From: Eledone cirrhosa
Taxonomy: Eukaryota
Assembly: GCA_964016885.1 (NCBI GenBank)
Contig: OZ024744.1
Location: 78,616,001 to 78,680,000 of the forward strand
DNA: 64,000 nt
Direction: 5' to 3'
The position numbers and the translations under genes were made by a program. Within the stretch, counting starts at the first letter, position 1. Every line of letters starts with the position of its first letter. The notes beneath the pieces were generated by a model. That model was not told where the DNA came from. It saw only the letters and a list, made by a program, of their open reading frames with translations, and did not search any database. Below are positions 58,701 through 64,000 of the stretch, piece after piece.

Positions 58701-61700
58701 TGCTCTTGGCAGGATGTTATCTGTGTAGTTGGTTCATGAGGTTGTTAGTTTGAGAGTTGCTCTTGGCAGGATGTTATCTGTGTAGCTGGTTCATGAGGTT
58801 GTTAGTTTGAGAGTTGCTCTTGGCAGGATGTTATCTGTGTAACTGGTTCATGAGGTTGTTAGTTTGAGAGTTGCTCTTGGCAGGATGTTATCTGTGTAGT
58901 TGGTTCATGAGGTTGTTAGTTTGAGAGTTGCCTCTTGGCAGGATGTTATCTGTGTAGCTGGTTCATGAGGTTGTTAGTTTGAGAGTTGCTCTTGGCAGGA
59001 TGTTATCTGTGTAACTGGTTCATGAGGTTGCTAGTGAGAGAGTTGCTCTTGGCAGGATGTTATCTGTGTAGTTGGTTCATGAGGTTGTTAGTTTGAGAGT
59101 TGCTCTTGGCAGGATGTTATCTGTGTAGTTGGTTCATGAGGTTGTTAGTTTGAGAGTTGCTCTTGGCAGGATGTTATCTGTGTAGTTGGTTAATGAGGTT
59201 GTTAGTTTGAGAGTTGCCACTTGGCAGGATGTTATCTGTGTAGTTGGTTCATGAGGTTGTTAGTTTGAGAGTTGCCTCTTGGCGGGATGTTATCTGTGTA
59301 ACTGGTTCATGAGGTTGTTAGTTTGAGAGTTGCTCTTGGCAGGATGTTATCTGTGTAGCTGGTTCATGAGGTTGTTAGTTTGAGAGTTGCTCTTGGCAGC
59401 ATGTTATCTGTGTAGTTGGTTCATGAGGTTGTTAGTTTGAGAGTTGCTCTTGGCAGGATGTTATCTGTGTAGCTGGTTCATGAGGTTGTTAGTTTGAGAG
59501 TTGCTCTTGGCAGGATGTTATCTGTGTAGTTGGTTCATGAGGTTGTTAGTGTGAGAGTTGCTCTTGGCAGGATGTTATCTGTGTAGTTGGTTCATGAGGT
59601 TGTTAGTTTGAGAGTTGCTCTTGGCAGGATGTTATCTGTGTAGTTGGTTCATGAGGTTGTTAGTTTGAGAGTTGCTCTTGGCAGGATGTTATCTGTGTAA
59701 CTGGTTCATGAGGTTGTTAGTGAGAGAGTTGCCTCTTGGCAGCATGTTATCTGTGTAGTTGGTTCATGAGGTTGTTAGTGAGAGAGTTGCTCTTGGCAGG
59801 ATGTTATCTGTGTAGTTGGTTCATGAGGTTGTTAGTTTGAGAGTTGCTCTTGGCAGGATGTTATCTGTGTAGTTGGTTCATGAGATTGTTAGTTTGAGAG
59901 TTGCTCTTGGCAGGATGTTATCTGTGTAGTTGGTTCATGAGGTTGTTAGTTTGAGAGTTGCTCTTGGCAGGATGTTATCTGTGTAGTTGGTTCATGAGGT
60001 TGTTAGTTTGAGAGTTGCTCTTGGCATGGTGTTATCTGTGTAGTTGGTTCATGAGGTTGGTAGTGAGAGAGTTGCTCTTGGCAGCATGTTATCTGTGTAG
60101 TTGGTTCATGAGGTTGGTAGTGAGAGAGTTGCTCTTGGCAGCATGTTATCTGTGTAGTTGGTTCATGAGGTTGTTAGTTTGAGAGTTGCTCTTGGCAGGA
60201 TGTTATCTGTGTAGCTGGTTCATGAGGTTGGTAGTGAGAGAGTTGCTCTTGGCAGGATGTTATCTGTGTAGTTGGTTCATGAGGTTGTTTGTTTGAGAGT
60301 TGCTCTTGGCAGCATGTTATCTGTGTAGTTGGTTAATGAGGTTGTTAGTTTGAGAGTTGCTCTTTGCAGGATGTTATCTGTGTAGTTGGTTCATGAGGTT
60401 GTTAGTTTGAGAGTTGCTCTTGGCAGGATGTTATCTGTGTAGTTGGTTCATGAGGTTGTTAGTTTGAGAGTTGCTCTTGGCAGGATGTTATCTGTGTAGT
60501 TGGTTAATGAGGTTGTTAGTTTGAGAGTTGCTCTTGGCAGGATGTTATCTGTGTAGTTGGTTAATGATGTTGTTAGTTTGAGAGTTGCTCTTGGCAGGAT
60601 GTTATCTGTGTAGTTGGTTCATGAGGTTGTTAGTTTGAGAGTTGCTCTTGGCAGCATGTTATCTGTGTAGTTGGTTAATGATGTTGTTAGTTTGAGAGTT
60701 GCTCTTGGCAGGATGTTATCTGTGTAGTTGGTTCATGAGGTTGTTAGTTTGAGAGTTGCTCTTGGCAGCATGTTATCTGTGTAGTTGGTTCATGAGGTTG
60801 TTAGTTTGAGAGTTGCTCTTGGCAGGATGTTATCTGTGTAGCTGGTTCATGAGGTTGTTAGTGAGAGAGTTGCCTCTTGGCAGGATGTTATCTGTGTAGC
60901 TGGTTCATGAGGTTGTTAGTTTGAGAGTTGCCTCTTGGCAGGATGTTATCTGTGTAGTTGGTTCATGAGGTTGTTAGTTTGAGAGTTGCTCTTGGCAGGA
61001 TGTTATCTGTGTAGTTGGTTAATGAGGTTGTTAGTTTGAGAGTTGCCACTTGGCAGGATGTTATCTGTGTAGTTGGTTCATGAGGTTGTTAGTTTGAGAG
61101 TTGCCTCTTGGCGGGATGTTATCTGTGTAACTGGTTCATGAGGTTGTTAGTTTGAGAGTTGCTCTTGGCAGGATGTTATCTGTGTAGCTGGTTCATGAGG
61201 TTGTTAGTTTGAGAGTTGCTCTTGGCAGCATGTTATCTGTGTAGTTGGTTCATGAGGTTGTTAGTTTGAGAGTTGCTCTTGGCAGGATGTTATCTGTGTA
61301 GCTGGTTCATGAGGTTGTTAGTTTCAGAGTTGCTCTTGGCAGGATGTTATCTGTGTAGTTGGTTCATGAGGTTGTTAGTTTGAGAGTTGCTCTTGGCAGG
61401 ATGTTATCTGTGTAGTTGGTTCATGAGGTTGTTAGTTTGAGAGTTGCTCTTGGCAGGATGTTATCTGTGTAGTTGGTTCATGAGGTTGTTAGTTTGAGAG
61501 TTGCTCTTGGCAGGATGTTATCTGTGTAACTGGTTCATGAGGTTGTTAGTGAGAGAGTTGCCTCTTGGCAGCATGTTATCTGTGTAGTTGGTTCATGAGG
61601 TTGTTAGTGAGAGAGTTGCTCTTGGCAGGATGTTATCTGTGTAGTTGGTTCATGAGGTTGTTAGTTTGAGAGTTGCTCTTGGCAGGATGTTATCTGTGTA

Positions 61701-64000
61701 GTTGGTTCATGAGATTGTTAGTTTGAGAGTTGCTCTTGGCAGGATGTTATCTGTGTAGTTGGTTCATGAGGTTGTTAGTTTGAGAGTTGCTCTTGGCAGG
61801 ATGTTATCTGTGTAGTTGGTTCATGAGGTTGTTAGTTTGAGAGTTGCTCTTGGCATGGTGTTATCTGTGTAGTTGGTTCATGAGGTTGGTAGTGAGAGAG
61901 TTGCTCTTGGCAGCATGTTATCTGTGTAGTTGGTTCATGAGGTTGGTAGTGAGAGAGTTGCTCTTGGCAGCATGTTATCTGTGTAGTTGGTTCATGAGGT
62001 TGTTAGTTTGAGAGTTGCTCTTGGCAGGATGTTATCTGTGTAGCTGGTTCATGAGGTTTGGTAGTGAGAGAGTTGCTCTTGGCAGGATGTTATCTGTGTA
62101 GTTGGTTCATGAGGTTGTTTGTTTGAGAGTTGCTCTTGGCAGCATGTTATCTGTGTAGTTGGTTAATGAGGTTGGTAGTGAGAGAGTTCCCTCTTGGCAG
62201 GATGTTATCTGTGTAACTGGTTCATAATGTTGTTAGTGAGAGAGTTGCTCTTGGCAGGATGTTATCTGTGTAGTTGGTTCATGAGGTTGTTAGTTTGAGA
62301 GTTGCTTTTGGCAGGATGTTATCTGTGTAGTTGGTTCATGAGGTTGTTAGTGAGAGAGTTGCTCTTGGCAGGATGTTATCTGTGTAGTTGGTTCATGAGG
62401 TTGTTAGTTTGAGAGTTGCTCTTGGCAGGATGTTATCTGTGTAGTTGGTTCATGAGGTTGTTAGTTTGAGAGTTGCTTTTGGCAGGATGTTATCTGTGTA
62501 GTTGGTTCATGAGGTTGTTAGTGAGAGAGTTGCTCTTGGCAGGATGTTATCTGTGTAGTTGGTTCATGAGGTTGTTAGTTTGAGAGTTGCTCTTGGCAGG
62601 ATGTTATCTGTGTAGTTGGTTCATGAGGTTGTTAGTTTGAGAGTTGCTTTTGGCAGGATGTTATCTGTGTAGTTGGTTCATGAGGTTGTTAGTTTGAGAG
62701 TTGCTCTTGGCAGGATGTTATCTGTGTAGTTGGTTCATGAGGTTGTTAGTTTGAGAGTTGCTTTTGGCAGGATGTTATCTGTGTAGTTGGTTCATGAGGT
62801 TGTTAGTGAGAGAGTTGCTCTTGGCAGGATGTTATCTGTGTAGTTGGTTCATGAGGTTGTTAGTTTGAGAGTTGCTCTTGGCAGGATGTTATCTGTGTAG
62901 CTGGTTCATGAGGTTGTTAGTTTGAGAGTTGCTCTTGGCAGGATGTTATCTGTGTAACTGGTTCATGAGGTTGTTAGTTTGAGAGTTGCTCTTGGCAGGA
63001 TGTTATCTGTGTAGTTGGTTCATGAGGTTGTTAGTTTGAGAGTTGCCTCTTGGCAGGATGTTATCTGTGTAGCTGGTTCATGAGGTTGTTAGTTTGAGAG
63101 TTGCTCTTGGCAGGATGTTATCTGTGTAACTGGTTCATGAGGTTGCTAGTGAGAGAGTTGCTCTTGGCAGGATGTTATCTGTGTAGTTGGTTCATGAGGT
63201 TGTTAGTTTGAGAGTTGCTCTTGGCAGGATGTTATCTGTGTAGTTGGTTCATGAGGTTGTTAGTTTGAGAGTTGCTCTTGGCAGGATGTTATCTGTGTAG
63301 TTGGTTAATGAGGTTGTTAGTTTGAGAGTTGCCACTTGGCAGGATGTTATCTGTGTAGTTGGTTCATGAGGTTGTTAGTTTGAGAGTTGCCTCTTGGCGG
63401 GATGTTATCTGTGTAACTGGTTCATGAGGTTGTTAGTTTGAGAGTTGCTCTTGGCAGGATGTTATCTGTGTAGCTGGTTCATGAGGTTGTTAGTTTGAGA
63501 GTTGCTCTTGGCAGCATGTTATCTGTGTAGTTGGTTCATGAGGTTGTTAGTTTGAGAGTTGCTCTTGGCAGGATGTTATCTGTGTAGCTGGTTCATGAGG
63601 TTGTTAGTTTGAGAGTTGCTCTTGGCAGGATGTTATCTGTGTAGTTGGTTCATGAGGTTGTTAGTGTGAGAGTTGCTCTTGGCAGGATGTTATCTGTGTA
63701 GTTGGTTCATGAGGTTGTTAGTTTGAGAGTTGCTCTTGGCAGGATGTTATCTGTGTAGTTGGTTCATGAGGTTGTTAGTTTGAGAGTTGCTCTTGGCAGG
63801 ATGTTATCTGTGTAACTGGTTCATGAGGTTGTTAGTGAGAGAGTTGCCTCTTGGCAGCATGTTATCTGTGTAGTTGGTTCATGAGGTTGTTAGTGAGAGA
63901 GTTGCTCTTGGCAGGATGTTATCTGTGTAGTTGGTTCATGAGGTTGTTAGTTTGAGAGTTGCTCTTGGCAGGATGTTATCTGTGTAGTTGGTTCATGAGA
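46767..64000. repeat. 57-bp satellite array (~300 units, continues past window end)
   Basis: Consensus gttatctgtgtagttggttcatgaggttgttagtttgagagttgctcttggcaggat with occasional 58-bp variants. The consensus has a stop in all six frames. Confidence 0.99.

Noticed and set aside
46767-64000. CRISPR array or repetitive coding gene (57 bp = 19 codons)
   Set aside because: Units are contiguous with no unique spacers and no cas genes. The consensus has stops in all six frames; the short ORFs arise only where variants remove a stop.

Overview
AT-rich, repeat-dense eukaryotic genomic DNA. The SINE and LINE content (tRNA-head SINEs, RTE/CR1/R4/CRE/Penelope remnants, TA/CA microsatellites) looks cephalopod (octopus-like); this is inference. 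One spliced gene is readable on the + strand: five phase-0 coding exons at 5234-19165, 5'-incomplete, 242 aa. It encodes a polytopic membrane protein built from two internally duplicated halves resembling TP53I11/PIG11, ending in a KxKxx ER-retrieval motif. A decayed inverted copy of one exon lies at 32941-33109. An internally deleted Gypsy (Mag-like) LTR element occupies 39858-42336 with both LTRs, TSD, PBS and PPT. A 57-bp satellite with kb-scale higher-order duplications fills ~46.77 kb to the window end. The least expected signal is a set of type I hammerhead-ribozyme folds in Penelope-like repeats: a minimal one at 2577-2619 (-), one in sense orientation ~0.75 kb after the gene's stop codon (19901-20037), and one in an arm of a perfect 403-bp palindrome (36440-36842). 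Coordinates of degenerate TE fragments are approximate. All alignments and folds were done by eye.
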